Source: a virus
Lineage: Duplodnaviria > Heunggongvirae > Uroviricota > Caudoviricetes
IMG/VR virus record: IMGVR_UViG_3300008113_000307
Span: 21,919-85,918 of that record
Length of the DNA stretch: 64,000 bases
Direction: 5' to 3' (one strand)
The translations under genes and the position numbers were made by a program. How positions within the stretch are numbered: the stretch's first letter is position 1; every line of letters starts with the position of its first letter. The notes beneath the pieces were generated by a model. That model saw only the letters and a program-made list of their open reading frames with translations. It was not told the origin of the DNA and searched no databases. Shown here piece after piece: positions 55,193-64,000 of the stretch.

Positions 55193-55988
55193 TCATGTTC
55201 TCCAGGTGTTGTTTGCACATCACATGCATGTCTATACCGTTGAATGCCAAATACTTGGGTCGATCGTGATTGTCTTGGTAAGTCACTTCGTACATGTCAG
55301 ATTCAACCTGTGTGATTGTGTGCCCAGGTAGTACAGCTAGTAAAGTCCAAGGAATTGAATCTACAGACTGTGTGTGGCCTGACACTATGCCCAAGGCAAT
55401 GCTCAAGGCATAGTCGTTGCGATAAGTGGGTCGGTCAATATGATACAGATCTCGATAGTGCGACCAGTTGAGTCGCACCATGTTCATGCAATCAAAAATG
55501 TATTCAGCAGTAGAGGATCGACGAAACATCATGACTGTGGCCCAATACATGGGCATGGCAGGATGTCCAAACCAGTTGTTGCCTTGATAAAAATTGTGAT
55601 CTCCGTCGACGCTGCTGGACCAACGGTGACAGGCAAACGCCTGTGGCATGGCCAGCACCTTCTTTAGTTCGTCTCCTGCTACCACATAGTCAGCATCTAG
55701 TACCAGTGTCTGATCCCAGGGTGACAAGGCATATGCATCCACACGACCTGCATTGTACCAGGTCACAGAGTGTCCGATATCGCCAAAATATCTAGTGCCA
55801 CCTGATTCAGCACCGGCGGTGATTACTACATCAAAATTAGTTTTGACCAGGTCATGTTCAGGCACGTTGGTTACCACAGCTACCGGAATGCCAAGATGTC
55901 GACGGATGTTGGCAGCACTCCAGGCTGCCATACGCACATAGTCTGTGTGTTCGTTGTTGAAGGCAAAAATAAGTGCGCCAGTGGTCAT
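55179..55988 (-). CDS. GT-A fold glycosyltransferase (GT8-like), paralog of 54434
   Basis: ALIFAFNNEHTDYVRMAAWSAANIRRHL and DxD-like VLDADYVV. Confidence 0.45.
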   Translation of the reverse strand: MTTGALIFAFNNEHTDYVRMAAWSAANIRRHLGIPVAVVTNVPEHDLVKTNFDVVITAGAESGGTRYFGDIGHSVTWYNAGRVDAYALSPWDQTLVLDADYVVAGDELKKVLAMPQAFACHRWSSSVDGDHNFYQGNNWFGHPAMPMYWATVMMFRRSSTAEYIFDCMNMVRLNWSHYRDLYHIDRPTYRNDYALSIALGIVSGHTQSVDSIPWTLLAVLPGHTITQVESDMYEVTYQDNHDRPKYLAFNGIDMHVMCKQHLENMIANS

Positions 55989-56290
55989 CGTCGTTGATTG
56001 ATTTGATCGTGCTCTACCAACCAGGCGTTCATTTGTTCTTGCCAGCGTTGTTGACTCAGAGCATATAACTCTTTGGTATCTACTTGCACTGGGTTCTCAT
56101 ACAAGTCTAGTAGTACTGCTTCTACACCAGGACAAGTCAGCAGCGTTGTTTGTAATTCAGGACCTGCTCGAAACATGCCGCCGCGATAGGCAAACAACAT
56201 TCGAGCAGAGTATTTTTCTTTCAGCACACGACGGGCGGCCACATGATCAAATCTGGCTCGTGCATGAGCAACTAAATCTTCAGTATTCAT
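55985..56290 (-). CDS. Hypothetical protein (101 aa)
   Basis: First gene of the minus-strand glycan operon. Confidence 0.4.
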   Translation of the reverse strand: MNTEDLVAHARARFDHVAARRVLKEKYSARMLFAYRGGMFRAGPELQTTLLTCPGVEAVLLDLYENPVQVDTKELYALSQQRWQEQMNAWLVEHDQINQRR

Positions 56291-56320
56291 GTGTGTATTG
56301 TACAGCAGACTGCTGCAAAA

Positions 56321-56345
56321 GTAAAGGGCCTGGTGGCCCTTTTGG
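56321..56345 (-). terminator. Hairpin terminator between structural gene and glycan operon
   Basis: aaagggcc-tggt-ggcccttt with flanking A/T runs on both strands. Confidence 0.4.
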
Positions 56346-57311
56346 TTATGTTGTGGTAGCAGCCACTGTGGGTGTGCCCCAGGATGCAGTTAGGTATGTG
56401 GTGCTTGGGGGGAAATAGGTCACAATGGTTGTGGGTGCTGTGCCTGGTGTTGCACCCGAACTAGCGGTTCCGCCTGAAATTGCGTCACCTTCGGGGTTAC
56501 TCCAAGTTGTGGTAATTATCAGGGTGTCTGAACTGGCTCCTTTGGCAATGGCATGCTGAATAAAGTTGCTGGTATACGGTGCTGTGTCAGCAAACTGTTT
56601 GTACACAATGGTAGCAGCAGCGCCGGCAGTTAGATCATACCAGCCTGTTGTGGTCAACAAGATGTTGGGGGTTCCTGTGCCGCCAACCTTGGTTGTGCCA
56701 GTGTAGTTTGCAGCAGCGATGGTTTGGGTAGCTGTGCCGCCTGTGATAAAAATATCGCCGCACAAGGTGTTGGCTAGATCGTTCCATTCAGGGTCACCTG
56801 TGGCGCCGGTGGCAGTTTTTGACACGTCAATTTTGATTCGGCCGCCTGCGTTGAAGAAATAACGAGCAGCGTCAGCTGAGGCAAAAGTCACTGTGTTAAC
56901 AAATGTGATAGTCCAGGTACCCGTGCCTGTTGCTGCAGTTTTTGAGTTGGTGCCAGTCCATCCTGTGAACTGTGTGCCATTGGCCACAGCGTTTTGTCGG
57001 TTGGCAGTGATGTTGGTCAAGTCTGTGTTGAGTGCAGCAAGAATTTCGATGGTGTTACCAGCAACCGGTGCTGATCGAGCAGTGATGGTGGTATTGGTTT
57101 GACTGCCCATTGAGGCAATGGTATTGACCAGGCTGGCCCATTGTGTAGCAGTAATTGAGCCTGCTGCTGCCACTGTGGCCAACGCACTCTGCCCCCATCC
57201 TGAGTCAGTTGAGCCTGTACTCCACACGTTGTTGACGTTGGCTCCGCTAGTGGTACTAACAAAACCATTGTAGTCTGTGGCTTCAATTAGCCCGCCTGAT
57301 GAATATGCCAT
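56346..57311 (-). CDS. Thr/Gly/Ala-rich virion structural protein (fiber or decoration-like)
   Basis: More than 40 % T+G+A+S+N with repeated TGT/GTT motifs; adjacent to tail fiber. Confidence 0.5.
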   Translation of the reverse strand: MAYSSGGLIEATDYNGFVSTTSGANVNNVWSTGSTDSGWGQSALATVAAAGSITATQWASLVNTIASMGSQTNTTITARSAPVAGNTIEILAALNTDLTNITANRQNAVANGTQFTGWTGTNSKTAATGTGTWTITFVNTVTFASADAARYFFNAGGRIKIDVSKTATGATGDPEWNDLANTLCGDIFITGGTATQTIAAANYTGTTKVGGTGTPNILLTTTGWYDLTAGAAATIVYKQFADTAPYTSNFIQHAIAKGASSDTLIITTTWSNPEGDAISGGTASSGATPGTAPTTIVTYFPPSTTYLTASWGTPTVAATTT

Positions 57312-57323
57312 TTTGTATTCCTA

Positions 57324-59033
57324 TTAGTTCTTGATTGTGACAATTGCTTCGATTGTACCCGATTCAGGGGTCAACTTGTCAACCAGACTTCGTCCAATCA
57401 CGTTGAATGCTGTGATTTCACCAGGCAGTGCTGCTCTGGCAATACCATTGCCGGCACTGACCAGGCGATCGCCCTTGCGCACACGTCCAACAACCTTGAC
57501 TGGCACCCGTCCAGTCATGGCCACCGCAGGGTGAGTGTCATCTTCTCCGGCACCACCGTTCATCATAAATGCAGGATTAGTTGAAATTACTCCAAACACC
57601 TGATCACTGAGTTCGCTTGTGGCTCGAGTAATTTCCATAGTACCGCCCAATTCAACCACAGTTCCTGGTTCCATAACTTCGTCAGCAGCAAAACGTTCTG
57701 CAACGTCAGCATACAAAGCCGTGGTTGCTGTAGCAAACACACGGTTGAAATAGTTAGCACTTGATCCAATATTGCCCACAGCATTGGTGCCTGACTTGGC
57801 AATACTGGGAGTTGTAAGACCGGTAAACACACCGCCTGTGGTAGTAAACACTGCCACGTTTGATGTTCCGGCTACATCAAAGTTGATGTTGCCGCCTGAA
57901 GTACCAATGTTGCCTTCCGAGGTGCCGTTAACAAACTTAGTAACTGCAACAGCAGCGCTCAGGCCCGTGAGTTGTGACCCGTTGCCAATGAAGAATGTGC
58001 CAGCCACGTTGCCAGCACTGGTGATGTTGCCCGATGCACTGACCAGTCCAACTGTTCGAATATTTCCGCCGACCACGTTGGCAGTAGAAGTAATTGTTCC
58101 TGCTGCAGTCACTAGGCCGGCAGTCACGATGTTGCCGCCAGTGATGTTGCCAGTAGCCACAACCTGTGCACCTGTATTTAGGTTGCCACCAGTGATGTTG
58201 CCAGTGACGCTGAGTGTGGTACCCACTGTGGCGGCATTGCTTACTGCAAATGTTCCTGATGCTCCCAGTGCACGAGCAACATCAAAATTGGTTCCACCTA
58301 CGTTGGCTTGGATAACCAAGTTACCAGTTGAAATGTCACTTCTAATCAGTGCGTCGTTGTTGACGGTGCTGACGTTGAACACGTTGGCTGCACCCACAAA
58401 CAAACCGGTATTGTTCAGTACTCGCAAGATACCACTGGTAGAAGTATTGGCAGTGGCTCGCATGAAGTCTGTTGAGTCTAGACTGTCCAGCAATTGTGCA
58501 TTAGTAGCCGATCCGCCAAACACCGGTGATCCTGAATTATACAGTGTGATACCGTTAAAGATTGTGGGGAAAGTTGTGTTGACTGGAGCAGCCGGAGTAA
58601 AGCTAGCATCTTTGCTCACAATGGCCACTCGGGTGTTGTTGACATACAGGCTGGTCACAAAGTGCGGACTTGCACCCGAATCGTTTATGGTTTCAGGAAT
58701 GGCACCTGCAGTGCCTTCGCTGCTGGAGAACGCAGGACCCACCACAATAAATGCTGCACCAGTGTATACTTTGACCTGCTGATTCACAGTATCATACCAC
58801 AAATCGCCTTGCACATTGGAAACAGGAGCAGTGGCACTGGCAGTTGCAGCACTAATGGTTTTGAAAATAGTGCCATTATAAACTTTAAGCAGGTTGTTGG
58901 TTTTATCCCACCAAAGCTGACCAGTTAGGGGTGCGCTGGGTGCAGTGGTATTTGAACCGTTTTCCAACAAGTGGATAAAGTTTTCGTCCAAAAACTCACC
59001 GTAGCCGGCGTAGTTTTTGCCCACAAGTATCAT
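57324..59033 (-). CDS. Tail fiber protein
   Basis: N-terminal phage fiber repeats QLWWDKTNNLLKVYNG and GDLWYDTVNQQVKVYTG, then TGNITGGN beta-helix-like repeats. Confidence 0.7.
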   Translation of the reverse strand: MILVGKNYAGYGEFLDENFIHLLENGSNTTAPSAPLTGQLWWDKTNNLLKVYNGTIFKTISAATASATAPVSNVQGDLWYDTVNQQVKVYTGAAFIVVGPAFSSSEGTAGAIPETINDSGASPHFVTSLYVNNTRVAIVSKDASFTPAAPVNTTFPTIFNGITLYNSGSPVFGGSATNAQLLDSLDSTDFMRATANTSTSGILRVLNNTGLFVGAANVFNVSTVNNDALIRSDISTGNLVIQANVGGTNFDVARALGASGTFAVSNAATVGTTLSVTGNITGGNLNTGAQVVATGNITGGNIVTAGLVTAAGTITSTANVVGGNIRTVGLVSASGNITSAGNVAGTFFIGNGSQLTGLSAAVAVTKFVNGTSEGNIGTSGGNINFDVAGTSNVAVFTTTGGVFTGLTTPSIAKSGTNAVGNIGSSANYFNRVFATATTALYADVAERFAADEVMEPGTVVELGGTMEITRATSELSDQVFGVISTNPAFMMNGGAGEDDTHPAVAMTGRVPVKVVGRVRKGDRLVSAGNGIARAALPGEITAFNVIGRSLVDKLTPESGTIEAIVTIKN

Positions 59034-59089
59034 GCTTGAGCTGGTGTTGACTGTGCCGTCTGCAATGGTTGCAAAAACGTTACCGTCGG

Positions 59090-59620
59090 TTAGATTGATT
59101 GTATCACATGAGTGATCAGTCTTAAATCGTTTGCTGCACCGTTCCAGGATTTAAGTCCCAGCTCGTCGAACACAAATTCACCGTTGAAGTTGGTTGAGTT
59201 ATCAAATGCTTGCTGTTGAGGTGGTTCACCGTAGTCCAGCAAGCAAGTGACCAGTATATCAGTGTACACTGTGCCTGATGTGTGCAGCACAGTCATGCGG
59301 TTGTTTACTGGGTCTTGGTTGGCTGCACTCTGATCGTCCACAACTTTTTGGTAAGTTTGATTGTACAAGTCGGCATTTTGTCCAATGGTGTTTGGGGGCA
59401 AATAGGTGATAACGCCGGTGGGATCCACACTGCTGCCGCCGTTGCCAAACGCCATTTCGTAGATGTAACCCAAGTTTCTGTTGCTCAGGGTCTGTGCCAT
59501 TGCAATCGAAATGTTTTCGTAGTGAATGGCATTTTTTTTGTCTACCAACACCTCACCAGTGTTGGGGTCATGGATTTTGATAAATCCTTCAATTTTTGCA
59601 AGTCCGGGCTCAATAATCAT
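59090..59620 (-). CDS. Hypothetical structural-module protein (176 aa)
   Basis: Lies between the two large structural genes. Confidence 0.4.
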   Translation of the reverse strand: MIIEPGLAKIEGFIKIHDPNTGEVLVDKKNAIHYENISIAMAQTLSNRNLGYIYEMAFGNGGSSVDPTGVITYLPPNTIGQNADLYNQTYQKVVDDQSAANQDPVNNRMTVLHTSGTVYTDILVTCLLDYGEPPQQQAFDNSTNFNGEFVFDELGLKSWNGAANDLRLITHVIQSI

Positions 59621-59788
59621 GCTCGCCCCTCCACATAAGTTTTTTGGGTCACTGGATCAAAAATTCGCATGTGCGCTTGTACCGAAATTGATCCAGTTTC
59701 GTTGGGTCTAGCGGGCTTTTGCTGAGCAGCAGGTTCCACTGGTTTAGTTGCCTGAGTGTTTGTCATCATGATCACTTATTTACCTTGT

Positions 59789-62700
59789 TTATAGACCACG
59801 CAAGAACCTTGCGGCTTCTGTATCGGTATCTTGCAATGCAACACCGTTACTAGGTGAATTTACCCCAGGTGCGTACCAAGTTACACCGCGACGTACTAAG
59901 ATAGTAACTTCTACTCCTGCAGGTGGCAACAACAAGGGATCTACTGGATTTGAATCTGTTAAGAATTCCACGGCCACTGGGTCAAAATCAGTCACAATCC
60001 AACGATATTGAGATGTTGCAACAGTGTCAGAATATCGATACTGTCTGACTCCGCCCACATATACTTCAAGTGCTAGAATATCCGAACTGCTGTCTTGATA
60101 TGCACTGTCAATGTCTATGCTTGGTGCATAATACACTGCAGTAGATCCATCACTCAGGGTAGTATCGCTTACAATGTAATCCTGGTATCTTTGATCCAAC
60201 AAGTTGCCACGACCAAGATCAGTTATGTCGGTGCCAACAGCATGCGATGATGCAGCAGTTCCAGCAGTACCACGCAATAGGCTACTGATTTTGTTCAGCG
60301 ACAAATCTCGCACACGATACATGATTCGTTCACCATCAATGATCACTACCCCAAAGATGCCCAAGTCTAAGTTGGGTTCGCTAAGGGCTGTCGCGTCTGC
60401 TACAAAAATTTCATCTGCAGTGGCAGTAACTGCCATGACCACTTGTGTAGTAGTAGAACTGGTGATACGATAAGTAGCCTGCACACCTCTCATGTCCTGG
60501 AATATACGGAATCCCATTTCTTCTGGTGTTACACTGTTGGTAAATTGGGTTACTGCAACCACCTGAGCCGGTCCTATTGCCCCTGTGGCCAATATCAAGA
60601 ATCCGTTTTCTACTGTGTAATCTGCACCTTCAAACAGTCTTGCGCCGTCTAGTGTGACCCACAATCTGCTGGCCACAATGTCTGTGCGCTGTAGATCAAA
60701 TTGATTGTTGGCCACAGATGTGCCAGTGGTAAAATCGTACGACCCCGGGGTGTTGTTGATCACCGCAGGATCATAGTCAGTACTGTCATAAGGCTCGTTG
60801 ATCACCACACCAGATATTACAGGTCCAACAAACACCTGAGTAAGAATATTCTGTTGCGCAGTGTCGTTCCAGGTGGTGATTGCAAAAACGTCGCCCAAGT
60901 TAACGGTTGACGCTATCTGAATTTGATTTCCGGCCACAACATAATCAGCAATTGTACTAACTGAGATTAAAATTCTTGCTCCTGCAGCAGGCGGAGTTGC
61001 AAACACAACCTGTCGGCCTGGTGTGTTTGAACCAGTCCAGTTGGTCACACTAAAGTCACCAACAAATGCTCCAAGACTTTGTGTCTGAAGAACATTGTCA
61101 ACCCATACCAAAATGTCAGTAGCTGGATCAATAATGCTTTGTTCATATCCTCCGCGTTGTGGTAGACCAAAACTCACACTGCTGTCGTCGCCAAACCATT
61201 CTATACCTTCAGCAGGTTGCAAACGTAGTCCATTGCGAGTCACAATCATGTTGGCTGAATTTGTACCTTCAAGGCTGTTGATTGCTGTAATGGTCTTGAC
61301 AAGCACGGTAGCTGCATTGGCCACCACAGTCTGCACTTGAGGAGTACTCCAGGAATATTGTTCAGGTGTAGTAGTCCCAAGTGCTAACAAAGCAATACCA
61401 TCGTTAAAGTTAAATGTTTGTCCAAAGGTAACCCGAGTTTCCAAAGTAGGTACAAATGCTAACCAATATGCTGCATCAGTTAGGCTGGTACCTACTGGTA
61501 CCGTCTGTAGTGCTCGGTAATAGTTGCCAGCGTTTACTACCACAGTTAGTTTTTGGTAAGAACTCAGTATATTCCAGGCGGTTGCTTCAGCATACGGGAC
61601 CCAGGACACAGTGTCAATCAACTGCCCATTTACAAACACAGCAACATCATATATTTCTGCATTGTTAACAGGAATTACAACTGTTGTCCCAACATCCACC
61701 CCAATATAGTTTGCACGATACAATTGGCTTCCACCGCCTGCTTCATAAACACTGATATTGATAGTATCACCGTTGGCAACTCCTGAACTAATTGTAATTG
61801 TTTGTGCGTTCCAATTTACCAGATAGTTGATATCTCTAGATAGATCAACACCTGTGTTCAGGTTGCTTACTAGAACCTGTACAGGATTTTCAACTACTCC
61901 AGCCCAACTGTATTCAGTGGCAATTGCCGGCTCGTAAGTGTAGCGAATGGTGCCGATCTCAAATCCGTGGCCGTCTAGACTCCAGTCACTACCCGGACGA
62001 GTAAACACTCGGAAGTCTAGAGTGTCAAATTCCGAACCGTTGACCAGCTCTTCAGGAGCGTGTCCTTCGTATGGTCCTATAAATTCGCCACCGTTGACAT
62101 TGATGTCAGAGAAACGATTGCCCAGCGCTGTGTCAGTAAATTCGCTCTGATACTCTGCATCAATTGCATTGGTATTGCCCAAGAAGTATTCGCCGTAGAC
62201 CTGTACACCAGGATAGTCAACTCCGTCAATCAACAGCGGCAGTTCTAGACCAGGAGAGTTAACTCCGGCCACATACAATCCCATGGTACGGTCAACACCA
62301 CTAAGTCCAACCCCATTGTTGTAGGTTCCTGCATTGACCAATTGCCAATTTTCAAGGTCGAATGTTGGGCCCACAACTGCAGTACTATCGGTACTGGCAG
62401 CTTGCCACACACGGTCATCGTAGCGCACTAGATCACCATTTTGATAGATAGCGTTGGCATTCCATTCACTCAGACTTGGTACATATTGGCATCTGTCAAA
62501 TTTCATTGTGGTACGGAATGTACGGACTGGACTATATGCCACTGAACCAGCTGGCACCACTGATTGGCTGTAATTTTGTGACTCTGCACTGCCCATTACA
62601 GCATACGCCCTGGCGTTGATTCCGTTGCCTCCCGAAAACACAATCTGCGGAGTGGCTCTGTATCCAACGCCTGGAGTGGTAATCACCACTCCAGACACTT

Positions 62701-63961
62701 GGCCAACACTGTTGATTGTTGCACGTCCTTGTGCTGGCTGAACAGCAGATCCAACAAAAGTCACCAATGGAGGTTCGTTGTAGCCTGATCCACCGTTGAT
62801 GATCTGAATATCTATAATGTTCAACAGATAATTCTGGAACCAGGCGCTGTATGGCCAACTGGTCCACACTGTGCTAGATGCTGGTAGATCGCTCTGAGTG
62901 GTCAACTGTGCATTAAATGCAGTGCCCGAAGTGTAAGGCAACAACACCGGACTAGTGTATTCAGGAATTTCTAATGTGGTATTAAAATATGCAGGAACAT
63001 CAAAGTCCACAACATCGCCACGGAAATCGTCAAAACCTGCGTACTTCAAGTTGAACTCTCGTATTTGTACATGATATGGCTTGACTTCTTGGATGTAGTC
63101 CTCCACAAACTCCTGGTTGTCACGAATATAGTTCTGATAAGGAACCAGATCCCGAATCCTATGATCCACGTCAATTAGACTGGTTTTGACCAGCCACTCG
63201 GGTGCCGAGAATTCGCTCAGTACATAGTTAAACATCAGGACCAGGGCTCGGTTGCGCTCGATTGCTAGATCATCAATGAACAGCTCTTGATTGATGGCCT
63301 GAATAATTTTTCTAGTTTCAATCACAGGTTCTTGATCATAATACTGTGCATCAAACACTTCAAGGTCAAATCCAAAACGGCCCAGCGCATAGTCCCACAA
63401 TTCTGCAGAAAATTCAATAGTGCCATCCTGCAAGCCTACTCGTTCCCAGGATAGATTTGTAAGCAGATAAATTTCAAACTTTCCCTGGGCGTTGGCAGTC
63501 ACTTTGACACTGGATCCAACTGGCACACTCAAGGTATCCAACTGGCTAAAACTAGTTACTTCAGTTATGATCTTGCTGCTGGCATTGTATCCAGGACGAT
63601 ACCAATCGATGTAGTTCCAGTAGTCCGGAGTGTTGAAGTTTTGTACTCTGGTCAAAACTGTTTCGCGAACACCCGCTTGAGTTTCACTCAGTTGCACAGT
63701 GTAGATAGTCCAAAGACCGCGATTGCGACTGTCTGTTTCTACCAGATACTTGTAGCCCAAGGGCACTGCGTAAATATTTTGGAATCCTAAAATTTCTAAA
63801 TTAGCCACACGCAGATTCCATAAACCCGAGCTGGCGCTGGGCTCAGGTTCACTGGAGTTCAGCAAGTTGAATATGCGGCTTTCAGTAATAGTGTACTGCT
63901 TGAGCACAGCATTGGCTCTTGTCAAATAGTTACGCAGGGCTTCAAATCGATCCACAAACAT
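59789..63961 (-). CDS. Very large virion structural protein (at least 1390 aa; tail fiber/baseplate-like), start near window edge
   Basis: Continuous minus-strand ORF, beta-rich, no enzymatic motifs seen; reading frame may continue beyond the window. Confidence 0.55.
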   Translation of the reverse strand: MFVDRFEALRNYLTRANAVLKQYTITESRIFNLLNSSEPEPSASSGLWNLRVANLEILGFQNIYAVPLGYKYLVETDSRNRGLWTIYTVQLSETQAGVRETVLTRVQNFNTPDYWNYIDWYRPGYNASSKIITEVTSFSQLDTLSVPVGSSVKVTANAQGKFEIYLLTNLSWERVGLQDGTIEFSAELWDYALGRFGFDLEVFDAQYYDQEPVIETRKIIQAINQELFIDDLAIERNRALVLMFNYVLSEFSAPEWLVKTSLIDVDHRIRDLVPYQNYIRDNQEFVEDYIQEVKPYHVQIREFNLKYAGFDDFRGDVVDFDVPAYFNTTLEIPEYTSPVLLPYTSGTAFNAQLTTQSDLPASSTVWTSWPYSAWFQNYLLNIIDIQIINGGSGYNEPPLVTFVGSAVQPAQGRATINSVGQVSGVVITTPGVGYRATPQIVFSGGNGINARAYAVMGSAESQNYSQSVVPAGSVAYSPVRTFRTTMKFDRCQYVPSLSEWNANAIYQNGDLVRYDDRVWQAASTDSTAVVGPTFDLENWQLVNAGTYNNGVGLSGVDRTMGLYVAGVNSPGLELPLLIDGVDYPGVQVYGEYFLGNTNAIDAEYQSEFTDTALGNRFSDINVNGGEFIGPYEGHAPEELVNGSEFDTLDFRVFTRPGSDWSLDGHGFEIGTIRYTYEPAIATEYSWAGVVENPVQVLVSNLNTGVDLSRDINYLVNWNAQTITISSGVANGDTINISVYEAGGGSQLYRANYIGVDVGTTVVIPVNNAEIYDVAVFVNGQLIDTVSWVPYAEATAWNILSSYQKLTVVVNAGNYYRALQTVPVGTSLTDAAYWLAFVPTLETRVTFGQTFNFNDGIALLALGTTTPEQYSWSTPQVQTVVANAATVLVKTITAINSLEGTNSANMIVTRNGLRLQPAEGIEWFGDDSSVSFGLPQRGGYEQSIIDPATDILVWVDNVLQTQSLGAFVGDFSVTNWTGSNTPGRQVVFATPPAAGARILISVSTIADYVVAGNQIQIASTVNLGDVFAITTWNDTAQQNILTQVFVGPVISGVVINEPYDSTDYDPAVINNTPGSYDFTTGTSVANNQFDLQRTDIVASRLWVTLDGARLFEGADYTVENGFLILATGAIGPAQVVAVTQFTNSVTPEEMGFRIFQDMRGVQATYRITSSTTTQVVMAVTATADEIFVADATALSEPNLDLGIFGVVIIDGERIMYRVRDLSLNKISSLLRGTAGTAASSHAVGTDITDLGRGNLLDQRYQDYIVSDTTLSDGSTAVYYAPSIDIDSAYQDSSSDILALEVYVGGVRQYRYSDTVATSQYRWIVTDFDPVAVEFLTDSNPVDPLLLPPAGVEVTILVRRGVTWYAPGVNSPSNGVALQDTDTEAARFLRGL

Positions 63962-64000
63962 GCTCTGTCGTGGACGGAACTGTACTCCGTATCGTTCAGC

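Overview
This 64 kb window looks like part of a large tailed dsDNA phage genome (about 48-50 % GC, with a few AT-rich islands). It holds four things of note.

1. **tRNA array (about 660-10160).** The array has at least 35 tRNA genes decoding all 20 amino acids, several degenerate tRNA-like elements, and three nuclease genes (HNH, PD-(D/E)XK, endonuclease VII). It is punctuated by sigma70-like promoters and small low-GC genes. tRNA coordinates are hand-folded and good to about +/-3 nt.

2. **Early/auxiliary module (10.3-35 kb).** This includes a truncated RF1-like release factor with an in-frame TGA at a conserved Trp position, immediately followed by a 10-bp hairpin. The module also carries an AhpC/AhpD peroxiredoxin pair, an RpoZ (omega)-like protein, a CX5R phosphatase, a PNK-like kinase, an HD-domain (p)ppGpp-hydrolase-like protein, five tandem small paralogs, a MoxR ATPase plus a metallopeptidase-VWA partner, an SPFH protein, a spanin pair and ThyX. 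Many of these genes are preceded by a repeated promoter-leader cassette (TTGACC-17/18-TGnTATAAT, then cagcataggttaacaaaacaGGAG).

3. **Glycan biosynthesis/modification cluster (35-56 kb), the most unusual part.** It contains an SDR epimerase, a DegT aminotransferase, an amidinotransferase, a carbamoyltransferase, four TEK-motif glycosyltransferase-like paralogs, GT-A transferases, an 801-aa tandem-repeat protein and five tandem paralogous radical-SAM enzymes.

4. **Virion genes (56-64 kb, minus strand).** These are a Thr/Gly-rich structural protein, a tail fiber and a protein of at least 1390 aa.

No CRISPR arrays or rRNA genes are present, and no TCA/CTA/TTA suppressor tRNA was found.
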